Source: Chiloscyllium plagiosum
Taxonomy: Eukaryota
Direction of reading: 5' to 3'
DNA length: 64,000 bases
Assembly (NCBI RefSeq): GCF_004010195.1
Contig: NC_057720.1
Location: 23,360,560 to 23,424,559 of the forward strand
Made by a program: the position numbers and the translations under genes. Under the pieces are notes generated by a model. That model was not told where the DNA came from and made no database searches. It saw only the letters and a list, made by a program, of their open reading frames with translations. Positions 12,497 to 23,129 of the stretch are shown here, piece by piece. Each line of letters opens with the position of its first letter. Positions within the stretch are counted from its first letter, which is position 1.

Positions 12497-14530
12497 GATA
12501 ACAAGAGTCCAGAGACAGTATATTCCTGTTAGGGCAAAAGGAAAGGCTGGTAGGTATAGGAAATGCTGGATGATTAAAGAAATGGAGGGTTTGGTTAAGA
12601 AAAAGAGGGAAGCATATGTCAGGTGTAGACGGGATAGATCGAGTGAATCCTTGGAAGAGTATAAAGGCAATAGGAGTATACTTAAGAGAGAAATCAGGAG
12701 GGCAAAAAGGAGAAATGATATAGCTTTGGCAAATAGAGGTAAGGAGAATCCAAAGGGTTTTTACAAATACATTAAGGACAAAAGGGTAACTAGAGAGAGA
12801 ATAGCGCCCCTCAAAGATCAGAAAAATCAATGTTTCGGGCAAAAGCCCTTCATCAGGAGTGAGGCCTGATATGTATTTGGAAAGGCAAGGACTGGTTAGG
12901 CATAGTCAATATGGCTTTATGCATGGGAAATCATATCTCACAAACTTGATTGAATTTTTTGAAGAAGTAACAAAAAAGGATTGATGAGGGCAGAGCAGTA
13001 GATGTGATCTAGATGGACTTCAATAAGCCGTTCGACAGGGTTCCCCGTGGGAGACTGATTAGCAAGGTTAGATCTCATGGAATACAGGGAGAACTAACCA
13101 TTTGGATACAGAACTGGCTGAAACGTAGAAGACAGAAGTGGTGGTGGAGGGTTGTTTTTCAGACTGGAGGCCTGTGACCAGTGGAGTGCCACAAGGATTG
13201 GTGCTCGATCCACTATTTTTCGTCATTTTTATAAATGGTTTGGATGTGAGCATGAGAGGTATAGTTAGTAAGTTTGCAGATGACACCAAAATTGGAGGTG
13301 TAATGGACAGCGAAGATTACCATAAGACATAGGAGCGGAAGTAAGGCCATTCGGCCCATCGAGTCCACTCCGCCATTCAATCATGGCTGATGGGCATTTC
13401 AACTCCACTTACCCGCATTCTCCCCATAGCCCTTAATTCCTTGTGACATCAAGAATTTATCAATTTCTGCCTTGAAGACGTTTAGCGTCCCAGCCTCCAC
13501 TGCACTCTGCGGCAATGAATTACACAGGCCCACCACTCTCTGGCTGAAGAAATGTCTCCTCATTTCTGGTCTGAATTTACCCCCTCTAATTCTAAGGCTG
13601 TGTCCACGGGTCCTAGTCTCCTCGCCTAACGGAAACAATTTCCTAGCGTCCACCCTCTCCAAGCCATGTATTATCTTGTAATTACAATGGGATCTTGATC
13701 ATATAGGCCAATCGGCTAAGAAATGGCAGAAGGAGTTTAATTTAGATAAACGTGAGGTGTTGCATTTTGGGAAAGCAAATCTTAGCAGGACTTTTACACT
13801 TAATGGTAAGGTCTTAGGGAGTGTTGCTGAACAAAGAAACCTTCGAGTGCAGGTTCATAGCTCCTTGAAAGTGGAGTCACAGGTAGATAGGATAGTGAAG
13901 AAGGCGTTTGGTATGCTTTCCTTTATTGAGTATTGAGTACAAGAGTCGGGAGGTCATGTTGCGGCTGTACAGGACATTGGTTAGGCCACTGTTGGAATAT
14001 TGCATGCAATTCTGATCTTCCTATGGGAAAGATGTTGTGAAACCTGAAAGGGTTCAGAAAAGATTTATAAGGATGTTGCCAGGTTGGAGGATTTGAGCTA
14101 TAGGGAGAAGTTGACTAGGCTAGGGTTGTTTTCCTTGGAGCGTCGGAGGCTGAGGGGTGACCTTATAGAAGTTTATAAAATCGTGAGGGACATGGATAGA
14201 ATAAATGGACAAAGTCTTTTCCCCGGGGTGGGGGAGTCTAGAACTAGAGGGCATAGGTTTAAGGTGAGAGGGGAAAGATATAAAAGAGACCTAAGGGGCA
14301 ACTTTTTCACGCAGAGTGTGGTGCGTGTATGGAATGAGCTGCCAGAGGATGTGGTAAAGCTAGTGCAATTGCAACATTTAAAAGGCATCTGGATGGGTAC
14401 ATGAATAGGAAGGGTTTAGAGGGATATGGGCTGGCAGATGGGACTAGATTGGGTTGGGATATCTGGTCGGCATGGACGGGTTGGACCGAAGGGTTTGTTT
14501 CCATGCTGTACATCTCTATGACTATGACAC
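12497..14530 (+). mobile_element. CR1 LINE ORF2 to 3' end, internally deleted and disrupted
   Basis: REIRRAKR..KENPKGFYKYIK; VTSGVPQGLVL..SKFADDTK; 3' UTR ending CTCTATGACTATGAC. Confidence 0.95.
13321..13680 (-). mobile_element. CR1 3' end of a different subfamily, nested antisense in the host CR1
   Basis: RKLFPLGEETRTRGHSLRIRGGKF..FFSQRVVGL. Confidence 0.9.
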
Positions 14531-14688
14531 AGGATTTTCTGAATTGTAGAGAATCTTGAAGTGCAATATTAAATAAATCAATCTATATGATTAAATCTGC
14601 TGTTTTACTGTGATGCTGATGAATCTGAATTACACCAGCTAATTACAACCAGCAAATGTTTTATGTTTGACTCTACTGCATTCATAAG

Positions 14689-14720
14689 AGCAACAAGAAT
14701 CTCTTGCTGGATACAGTGTT
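14689..14720 (+). CDS. Candidate micro-exon (E-QQESLAGYSV)
   Basis: GTT|GTAAGC donor and weak AAG acceptor. Phase 1 to 0 bridges exons 8828 and 22121. Confidence 0.3.
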
Positions 14721-14821
14721 GTAAGCAAGAGGCAAATTCTTGTCTGAAATAATATGCTGTTGTTCATTGATAGCGAGTTCAACCCGAGTAATCCTATTAG
14801 TTGATTTACAAATGCTAATTT

Positions 14822-15176
14822 GGGTTGGCACAGTGGCTCAGTACTTAGCACTGATGCCACCCAGCCCGGGCGACTGTCTCCTTGTGCCTGCATGGGTTTC
14901 CTCCGGGTGCTTCGGTTTCCTCCCAAAGTCCAAAGATATGCAGGTTAGGTGGATTGGCCATGATAAATTGCCCATAGTATCCAGGGGTGTGCAGGCTAGA
15001 ATGGATTGGTCATGTTACATTGCCCATAGTATCCAAGGATGTACAGTTAGATCGATTGGCCATGGGAAACGCAAGGTTACAGGGATAGGACAGGGAGGTG
15101 GGTCTGTGTTGGATGCTGTTTGGAGGGTCAGTGTGGCTGAAAGGCCTACTTCCACACTGTAGGCACTCGATGATTC
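14822..15176 (+). mobile_element. HE1-type (V-SINE) tRNA-derived SINE with internal duplication
   Basis: GGCACAGTGGCTCAG head, GGGTTTCCTCCGGGTGCTTCGGTTTCCTCCC V-domain, TTCCACACTGTAGG tail. Confidence 0.85.
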
Positions 15177-15936
15177 CTACTAAATTTCTACTAAACATTT
15201 GTGTTCTTAGAAACTATCACAGTTGTTTGGTAGTTTCGTTTGGCCATCTCAGGACTTTGCGACGTTGTGAAATGTATTTTATAATGACAGGTGTACTCTT
15301 TCCTTTTCTTGGCTGGGTGCATCCTTAACATCCAAGAAGCTCAACACCATTCACAACATAGCAGCTGTTAACACTAACCCCTCCAGAAGTCCCCAGCATC
15401 ATGAAAGTCAGTCTTCAGCTAACTTTTGTTCACTTCGCCTGACGTCAAGAAATGTATTGAAGGCACTGGGTCATGAAAAAGCTGCAGCACAAAGGGATCT
15501 GGGGGGTCCTAGAGAATGACTTGCCAAAAAACCAGCATCTATGTTCAGTGGGTAAAAGAGGAGGCAAGTGGTGGCCTTTATTTCAAAGGAAATGGAATGT
15601 AAAAATAGGGAGGTCTTACTAAAAGTCTGCAATTGTCCGATCACTGTAGGAATGTTGTTAACAGTTTTTGTCCAATTATCTAAGAAAAGTGATTCCAGCT
15701 TTGGAGGCTGTCTAGTTAAGGTTCACGAGATTGATCCTGTGTTTGGAGGGATTTTCATATGAGGAGAGGTTTGAGTAGGTTAGCCTTGTACTTATTGCAG
15801 TTTAGGAGAATGAGTAGAGAACGTATTGAAATGTACAAGATTCTTAGGGATCATGACATGGTATTTGCAGACTAGTTATTTTCCCTTGTGGGAGAGACTA
15901 GACTAGAGTGTGTAATCTCAGATTAAGGAGTTGCCT

Positions 15937-16768
15937 GTTGTGGTTCTGTTCACCGAGCTGGGAATTTGTGTTGCAGATGTTTCGTCCCCTGTCTAGGTGA
16001 TATCCTCTGCTTGGGAGCTTCCTGTGAAGCGCTTCTGTGATTTTTCCTCCGGCATTTGTAGTGGTTTGAATCTGCCGCTTCCGGTTGTCAGTTCCAGCTG
16101 TCCGTTGCAGTGGTCGGTATATTGGGTCCAGGTCGATGTGCTTATTGATTGAATCTGTGGATGAGTGCCGTGCCTCTAGGAATTCCCTGGCTGTTCTCTG
16201 TTTGGCTTGTCCTATAATAGTAGTGTTGTCCCAGTCGAATTCATGTTGCTTGTCCTCTGCGTGTGTGGCTACTAAGGATTGCAAAACCAATGTAGTGTAC
16301 AAAATCCCATGCAAGGACTGCACAAAACACTACATAGGACAAACAGGAAGACAGCTAACGATCCGCATCCATGAACACCAACTAGCCACGAAATGACACA
16401 ACCAGTTATCCTTAGTAGCCACACATGCAGATGACAAGCAACATGAATTCGACTGGGACAACACTACTATTATAGGACAAGCCAAACAGAGAACAGCCAG
16501 GGAATTCCTAGAAGTATGGCACTCATCCACAGATTCAATCAAGCACATCGACCTGGACCTGCAGCGGACAGCTGGAACTGACAACCAGAAGCGGCAGGTA
16601 AAAATCACTATAAATGCCGGAGGAAACATCACAGAAGTGCTTCACAGGAGGCTCCCAAGCACTGAGGATGCCCCCTAGACAGGGGACGAAACGTCTGCAA
16701 CACAAATTCCCGCTCGGCGAACAGAACCACAACAATGAGCACCCGAGCTACAAATCTTCTCACAAACT
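15937..16768 (+). mobile_element. Poseidon-like PLE 3' end (GIY-YIG) with inverted partial duplicate
   Basis: CKTNVVYKIPCKDCTKHYIGQTGRQLTIRIHEH. 15937-16277 is an inverted copy of about 16407-16733. TSD TTAAGGAGTTGCCT at 15923-15936 and 16769-16782. Confidence 0.9.
16659..16698 (+). ncRNA. Minimal hammerhead ribozyme motif (family C)
   Basis: GCA-CTGAGGA-T-GCCCCCT(AGAC)AGGGGAC-GAA-ACGT-C-TGC. Confidence 0.75.
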
Positions 16769-17499
16769 TTAAGGAGTTGCCTATTTAAGACAGAGCTGAA
16801 GTGTATTTTCTTGTATGAGAATCAGTGGAATTCCTTATTGCAGAGGGTTGTCGAAGTTGGGTCAGTCAATATGTTCAAGGCTGTGAAAGACAGATTTGTA
16901 ATCATAAAGGAATCAAAGAGTTTAGGGAAAAGGCAGGAAAGTGGAGTTAAGGATTATGAGATCAGGCATGATCTTATTGAATGACGAAGCAAATTCGATG
17001 GGCCAAATGGCCTACTTCTGTTCCCATATCTTGTTATCTTCTGAGGATACTGAAACTGCTCATTGTAATTTTTTAGATGCCTTTCCCACCCACCACTTAG
17101 ACAGCATGTTTAGTGGCCAGAGTGGAGGATCAGATCCAGGAGACTATTATCATGGTCCCTTCTGGATGATCCCAGGTTCTGCTCAAGAGGAGAGCTGTTC
17201 AGAGACTTTGGCTTGTGGGATTGGAGAAAAGAGAGCACCGCAGTGTTGCCGTGAGGGATAGAGAAAACATATGAGTCCTGGAAAGAGAGGAGATCGGCAA
17301 AGGGCTGAGAATAGATTAGCAGCAGTCACGGCTGAAGGCTTCCTTTAAGGCCCAGGGTTAGAGGGGGTTGGTGGCAATGTTGGTGTACTGTCCTGCTTTT
17401 TCTGATCCACAAGAAGCAAAGAAAAAGGAATTTACTTCATGGAGCAAACTGCTCCTGCCTCCCATTTCTTGCCCAATTTCCTGACCCCGAAGAGACCAG

Positions 17500-18025
17500 C
17501 AGCAAAGAAAACAAAGAAAATTTACAGACCAGAACAGGCCCTTCGGCCTTCCTAGCCTGAGCCGATCCAAATATACTGTCTAAAACTGTCGGTCAATTCC
17601 TAAGCATCTGTATCCCTCTGTTCCCCACCTACTCATCCATCTGTCCAGACGCATCTTAAATGAATCTACCGTGCCTGCTTCTGCCACCTCTGCTGGCAAC
17701 GCGTTCCAAACGCCCACCACCCTCTGTGTGAAGTACTTACCGCGTGTATCGCCCTTAAACTTTCCACCTCTCACTTTGCAAGCATGACCTCTCGTTATTG
17801 AATCCTTCACCCTGGGGAAAAAGCTTGTCTCCACCCTGTCTATACCCTTCATGATTTTGTAAATATCAATCAGGTCCCCCCTCAATCTCCTTTTTTCTAG
17901 TGAAAATAAACCTAACCTAGTCAACCTGTCTTCATAACTAGCACCTTCCATACCAGGCAACATCCTCGTAAATCTTCTCTGCACCCTCTCCAAAGCATCC
18001 ACATCCTTTTGGTAATGTGGCGTGT
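17500..18025 (-). mobile_element. CR1 LINE 3' end
   Basis: PHYQKDVDALERVQRRFTRMLPGM...FTQRVVGVWNALP. Confidence 0.92.
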
Positions 18026-18487
18026 GGCAGTGCATTTTAAATAGACTTCCTATAGTACTATGGTAGCTCGATATAACTATGTTCATAAACCATCCCATCT
18101 CTCATGGAAAGATGCCCTGGAAAAACACTAAAAGGTGCAATTGCGTGGGTTCAATCATGTTTTGCAAAAAAATAGAAATTGCTGGATAGCTCAGCAGGTC
18201 TGGCAGCATCTATGGACACAAATCAGCATTAATGTTTTGGATCTGGTAACCCTTCCTCAGAATTGATGATATCAAGGAAAAATAGCTTTTTTTTGCAGAA
18301 AATGGGCTCAGGAGAGGGGGGTAAGGAGTAAAGGATAAGTCGAGATAGAGCTCAAAGAGAGAGAGAAAAACAGTTGGATAGATAAATTAGTGGATAATGA
18401 CCAGGCTGGGAGGATGAATAGCTGCTAATGGGGATTATTAGCGGCTAACAATGGGTTGTGTGTAATAGCAGACCATGTGATAACAAG

Positions 18488-18702
18488 CTGAAAATGTGTT
18501 GCTGGAAAAGCGCAGCAGGTCAGGCAGCATCCAAGGAGCAGGAGAATCGACGTTTCGGGCATGAGCCCTTCTTCAGGAAAAACTCCTGCTCCTTGGATGC
18601 TGAAAAAAAAACTCCTGCTCCTTGGATGCTGCCTGACCTGCTGCGCTTTTCCAGCAACACATTTTCAGCTCTGATCTCCAGCATCTGCAGTCCTCACTTT
18701 CT
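18488..18702. mobile_element. Fold-back mini-PLE insert (family A) with intact minus-strand HHR at 18546-18579
   Basis: TSD CCATGTGATAACAAG at 18473-18487 and 18703-18717. Confidence 0.88.
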
Positions 18703-19262
18703 CCATGTGATAACAAGGCCTGCTGTATGGGATTTGGAGTAAGGACATGGGAGAATATCCCTGATGCCCTAAGATTGTTGAATTTGACAGGGTCCAGAAG
18801 GCTGTCGAGTTTCCAAGTGGGAAATGAGGTGCTGTTCTTCCAGCTTGCACTGAGCTTGCTGGAGCAATGCAGCAAGCCTGAGACAGGGAACAAGGTGATG
18901 TGTTGGAAGTTGCAGGCAACTGCAAACTTTAGGTCTTTTTTGCAGACAGAATGAAGATATTTTGCGAAGCGGTCACCCAGTCTACACTTTGTTTCCCCAA
19001 TGTAGAGGAGACCACATTGTCTGCAGCGAATGCAGTAAACCAGATTGAGACACGTGCAGGTAAAGCGCTGCTTTACCTGGAAGATGTATTTAGACCCTTG
19101 GGTACCGTGGAAGGTGGAAGTAAGTGGGCAGGTGTTACACCTTCTGAGGTTGTAGGTGAAAATGTCTGGAGCTGGAAGCGTGGATCTTGAGAGTGAAGGA
19201 GTGGTCCAGGATGTCCTGGAGGGAATGACCCTTGTGGAAGGCTGACAAGGGAGGGGAGGGCA

Positions 19263-19620
19263 TTCATAGAATTATGGAATCCCTGCAGTTTGGAAACAGG
19301 CCATTTGGCCCGACAAGTACACACCTACCCTCTGAAGATTAACACACCCAGACTCCATTCCCCTACCCTATTAATCTATATTTACTCCTAACTAATGCAC
19401 CTAACCTACACTATCCTGAATACGATGGGCAATTTTAGCTTGGCTAATTCACCAAATCTGCACATCTTTGGATTATGGGAGGAAGCAGAGCACCGGAGGA
19501 AACCCACGCAGACAAGGGTAGAATGTGTAAACTCCACACAGACAGTCGCCTGAGGCAGGAATCAAACCCGGGTCCCTGGCGCTGTGAGGCACCAGTGCTA
19601 ACTACTGAGCCACTGTGCTA
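19263..19620 (-). mobile_element. HE1-type SINE
   Basis: tRNA-like head, V-domain and tail homologous to the other copies. Confidence 0.88.
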
Positions 19621-19942
19621 GGGAATATGTGTCTGGTGGTGGCACCTCCCTGGATGTGGTAGAAATGGCAGCTAATGATCCTCTGGATGTGAGTGCTTTT
19701 GGGGTGACAGGTGAGGGCATGGGGGTCCCTATTGTTGTTATGGGAGGGAAGAGAGAGGACGAGGGGCGACGTGCAGGAAATGGGTCAGACCCAGCTGAGG
19801 ACCCTATCAACTACAGTGCTGGGAAATCCTGGTTTGAGGAAGAAGGTGGACATTTTGGGGACCACTGTCCCCAAAATGTTGGCATTATCAGAACAGAGAC
19901 AACGGAGATGGAATAGAGCCTTTACAGGAAACAGGGTGTGAG

Positions 19943-20269
19943 GATTAGACTCTATTAGATTACTTACAGTGTGGAAACAGGCTCTTCGGCCCAACAAGTC
20001 CACACCGACCTGCCGAAGCGCAACCCACCCAGACCCATTCCCCTACATTTACTTCTTCACTTAACACTATGTGCAATTTTAGCATGGTCAATTCACGCAA
20101 CCTGCACATTTTTGGACTGTGGGAGGAAACTGGAGCACCCAGAGGAAACCTACGCAGACACGGGGAGAATGTGCAAACTCCGCACAGTCAGTCGCCTGAG
20201 GCGGGAACTGAACCTGGGTCTCTGGCGCTGTGAGGCAGCAGTGCTAACCACTGTGCCACCGTGCTGCCC
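19943..20269 (-). mobile_element. HE1-type SINE, full length
   Basis: Head GGGCAGCACGGTGGCACAGTGGTTAGC and (TAATC)n tail. ACAGGGTGT on both flanks (19931 and 20270) is a probable TSD. Confidence 0.92.
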
Positions 20270-20847
20270 ACAGGGTGTTTAAGGTAACTGTGCGAGTCAC
20301 TGGGTTTGTTGTGGATATTTGTGGCCTGCCTATCCCCAGAAATGGAAGCAGAAATGTCAAGGAAGTGAGGGGAGGAGTCAGAAATGGGCCAGGTGAAGTT
20401 GAAAGTGGGGTTGAACTTGGAAATGAAATAGATAAACTTTTCCATTTCCAAACAGAGAGGGAAGTAGCAATGATGGTATCATTGATATTACTGGAGAAAG
20501 ATTTGTGGGTGGTGGCCAGAATAGGACTGGAATATGGAATGTTTCACATCTCCCACACGAGATAGGCATAGCTAGGGCCCATGCTGATACCCGTGGTCAT
20601 CCCTTTGACCTGAAGAAAGTGAGAGGGAAGCATTACTGGACCCAAAACATTAACTTTGACTTCTCTTCACGTGTGCTGCCAGACCTGCTGAGCTTTACTA
20701 GCAATTTCTGTTTTTGTTTCTGAGTTAAAAGAAAAGTTGTTTAGAGTGAAGATGAGCTCAGCCAGGTGAGGAGGCTGATGGTGGATGGAGCTGGGTCAGA
20801 CCTTTTTACAGGAAGAAGCAGAGAGCCCTGAGACCATCCTGAAGGGG

Positions 20848-22072
20848 AATGGGTGTGTAAAGGGATTGTGTTGTAAAGAGCAGGTGGCTGGAGCCAGCAA
20901 ACTGGAAATTCTGAAACTGACATAAAGTGTCAAAAGAATCGCAGATCTAAGTGGGAAGCGACTGGACAAGGGGAGAACAAACTGAGTCAATGTAGGAAGA
21001 GATGAGTTCCGTGCGACAGGAGCAGGCAGAAACCCAATGGATCTGCCCAGCCAGTCCTGTTTGTGGATTTTGGGAAGAAGGTAGAAATGAGCTGTGTGGG
21101 GCTGGCGGTCTATGGGCTTGGAGACAGTGAGAGGGGAAGATCACCAGATGAAATATGGATAGTGACCATTGTGGGTAGCTTGATGTCTATGGTGGGGTCA
21201 GCGTTTGATCATTTAACCTCTCTCATCAATTCTGGGTAGGAAATGTTTGGGGCAGGGTCATTGATACTGAGCTCACAACTTCCAAAAAAAAAACACAGTA
21301 CCACTTTGAGAAATGCTCCCAGAATAAATGGTTGAATTCTGAAAGACAGCTTCAGCCTATAACTACTTATTACAGAGATGAGTGATAACAAAGAGCCAAG
21401 GTGACAATTCATATGGAAATTTACTCAGGAACTTGTGATGTTGCTGTAAAATTGGTGTTTCTTCCTGTGTCATGACATGTGAATTGAAAAGAGTCGGTCT
21501 GCCAAGGTTGCTCGGATTTATTTCCAAAGGCCTACCAGTATTAAAAAATATCCTCCTATATCATTCCGAGCCAATGGTCCAGTATTCAAAAAGACTGTGC
21601 AAAAACTCTGGATAGTTAACCTGCGTGCTTTGACTTTGTTATTTCAATATCAATGACCCCACCCCAAACATTCCCTACCCTTAATTGATGAGAGGGGGTA
21701 AATGGTCAAACACTGACCCCATCATAGAACACCAAGCTACCTCCTTCACAGTGGTCACTAGCCATATTTCATCTGGTGATCTCCTCCTCCCACTGTCTCC
21801 AAGCCCATAGACCGCCAGCCCTACAAAGCTCATTTCTACTTCCTTCCCAAAATCCACAAACAGGACTGGCTGGGCAGATCCATTGGGTTTCTGCCTGCTC
21901 CTGTCCCACAGAACTCATCTCTTCCTACGTCGACTCAGTTTGTTCTCCCCTTGTCCAGTCCCTTCCCACTTAGATCTGCGATTCTTTTGACACTTTATGC
22001 CAGTTTCAGAATTTCCAGTTTGCTGGCTCCAGCCACCTCCTCTTTACAATGCAATCCCTTTACACACCCATT
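20848..22072. repeat. Inverted duplication, arms 20848-21270 and 21643-22072
   Basis: ORFs 20947..21144(-) and 21776..21973(+) are nearly identical, and the homology extends into non-PLE flank. Confidence 0.9.
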
Positions 22073-22120
22073 TGTTATTTCATGGAAGTTCAAATGAGCT
22101 TTTAACATTTCTTCTGTCAG

Positions 22121-22289
22121 GTTGAGACTGCACTTAAAACACAATTAGCTTTGCCAAACGGCGGACAGCAACTACTTATGACAAAAAAAATCAATTGCAT
22201 ACTTCACTCCTCTCCTGCATGGTTCTTGACTCAAAATCAGGAAACCTGTCTTACAAATCATTTTTGCCAAGACCTAACCATCACCAGCA
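22121..22289 (+). CDS. Candidate internal exon (VETALKTQLALPNGG...CQDLTITS)
   Basis: Strong acceptor TTTCTTCTGTCAG, open only in phase 0. Donor A|GTGAGA gives phase 1, matching exon 25838. The alternative donor at 22305 would include a stop. Confidence 0.45.
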
Positions 22290-23129
22290 GTGAGACTTAA
22301 TGAGGTAAAGCAGTTAACTGTTTGAATGCTACAAAATACCTCAAACATTGCTTGTAAAAGCTCTTGAAAGAAAACCAATAGTTGTATTAACATCTTAATA
22401 TAAAGCAAATATTTAAGGAAATGAACAATGCATGCAAAATTTATCAAATTGCTTTCAATATTCCATCTTTTCTTTACCCCCATCATGATTCTTTTCCCAT
22501 TCTATTATTATTTTCACCTTTATCTCTGTCTATTATTACCGAGTATATTTTCTTCTGTCTCATGAGGTAGGAGTTTCATAACAAATTGTCATGTTTTTGA
22601 TTAAATTAAACTTACTGCACCTGGAAATTGAACCAACCACATTAATCAAGAGAAATGCCCACTCACATCAAATTAGTTACAAAATCCCAATCATTGAATC
22701 AGCTAACTCATTAATCTTTTATATGGCCCCCAGAACTGGTAATAAGAACATTTTGTAATTAGTTCTTTTGCTGGCTGGTAAGTTTCAGTGCTTAAATACT
22801 CCTGTTACCAAACAAAGCATATAAACCCCTAGATTTTCAGCGTAGGGCCCCATTGGCTATGGGCACAGTGGTGCCAATGATGGTGAAAGAAGACTGACAA
22901 GAGGGAAAAAATGGCATGAGTAGCAGGAATGTGGAATTTTGCAGGAGTTGTAGAGTTGGTTAAGGTTCCAGTGCCATGGACGGGAAAGGCAAAGAGTGAA
23001 TTTGTCACAAAAATGAGAATTGAATCATTAGAGAATTGGGAGCAAACGTGGATCAGTCGGGACTGAAGAGACTGGAGAAAGATTTGCTCCTGGACAGGAC
23101 ATGATTAGGAGACTTGAAGGGTTACAATT

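Larger units (their letters stand above)
15470..17035 (+). mobile_element. Old CR1 LINE 3' region interrupted by a PLE
   Basis: Degenerate CR1 ORF2 C-terminus on both sides of 15937-16768. 3' UTR GATGGGCCAAATGGCCTACTTCTG. Confidence 0.8.
18170..21200 (-). mobile_element. Degenerate Neptune-like PLE (RT, GIY-YIG and terminal repeat) carrying nested inserts
   Basis: VSACSCRTELISSYIDS; FNPTFNFTWPISDSSPHFLDISASI..TNIHNKPSDSHSYL. Terminal repeat with degenerate HHR at about 18230-18262. Confidence 0.8.

Noticed and set aside
11544..12869. Long ORFs (441, 372, 323 and 264 aa), and likewise 51641-52299
   Set aside because: Open only because they run through N gaps; the flanks are CR1 fragments.
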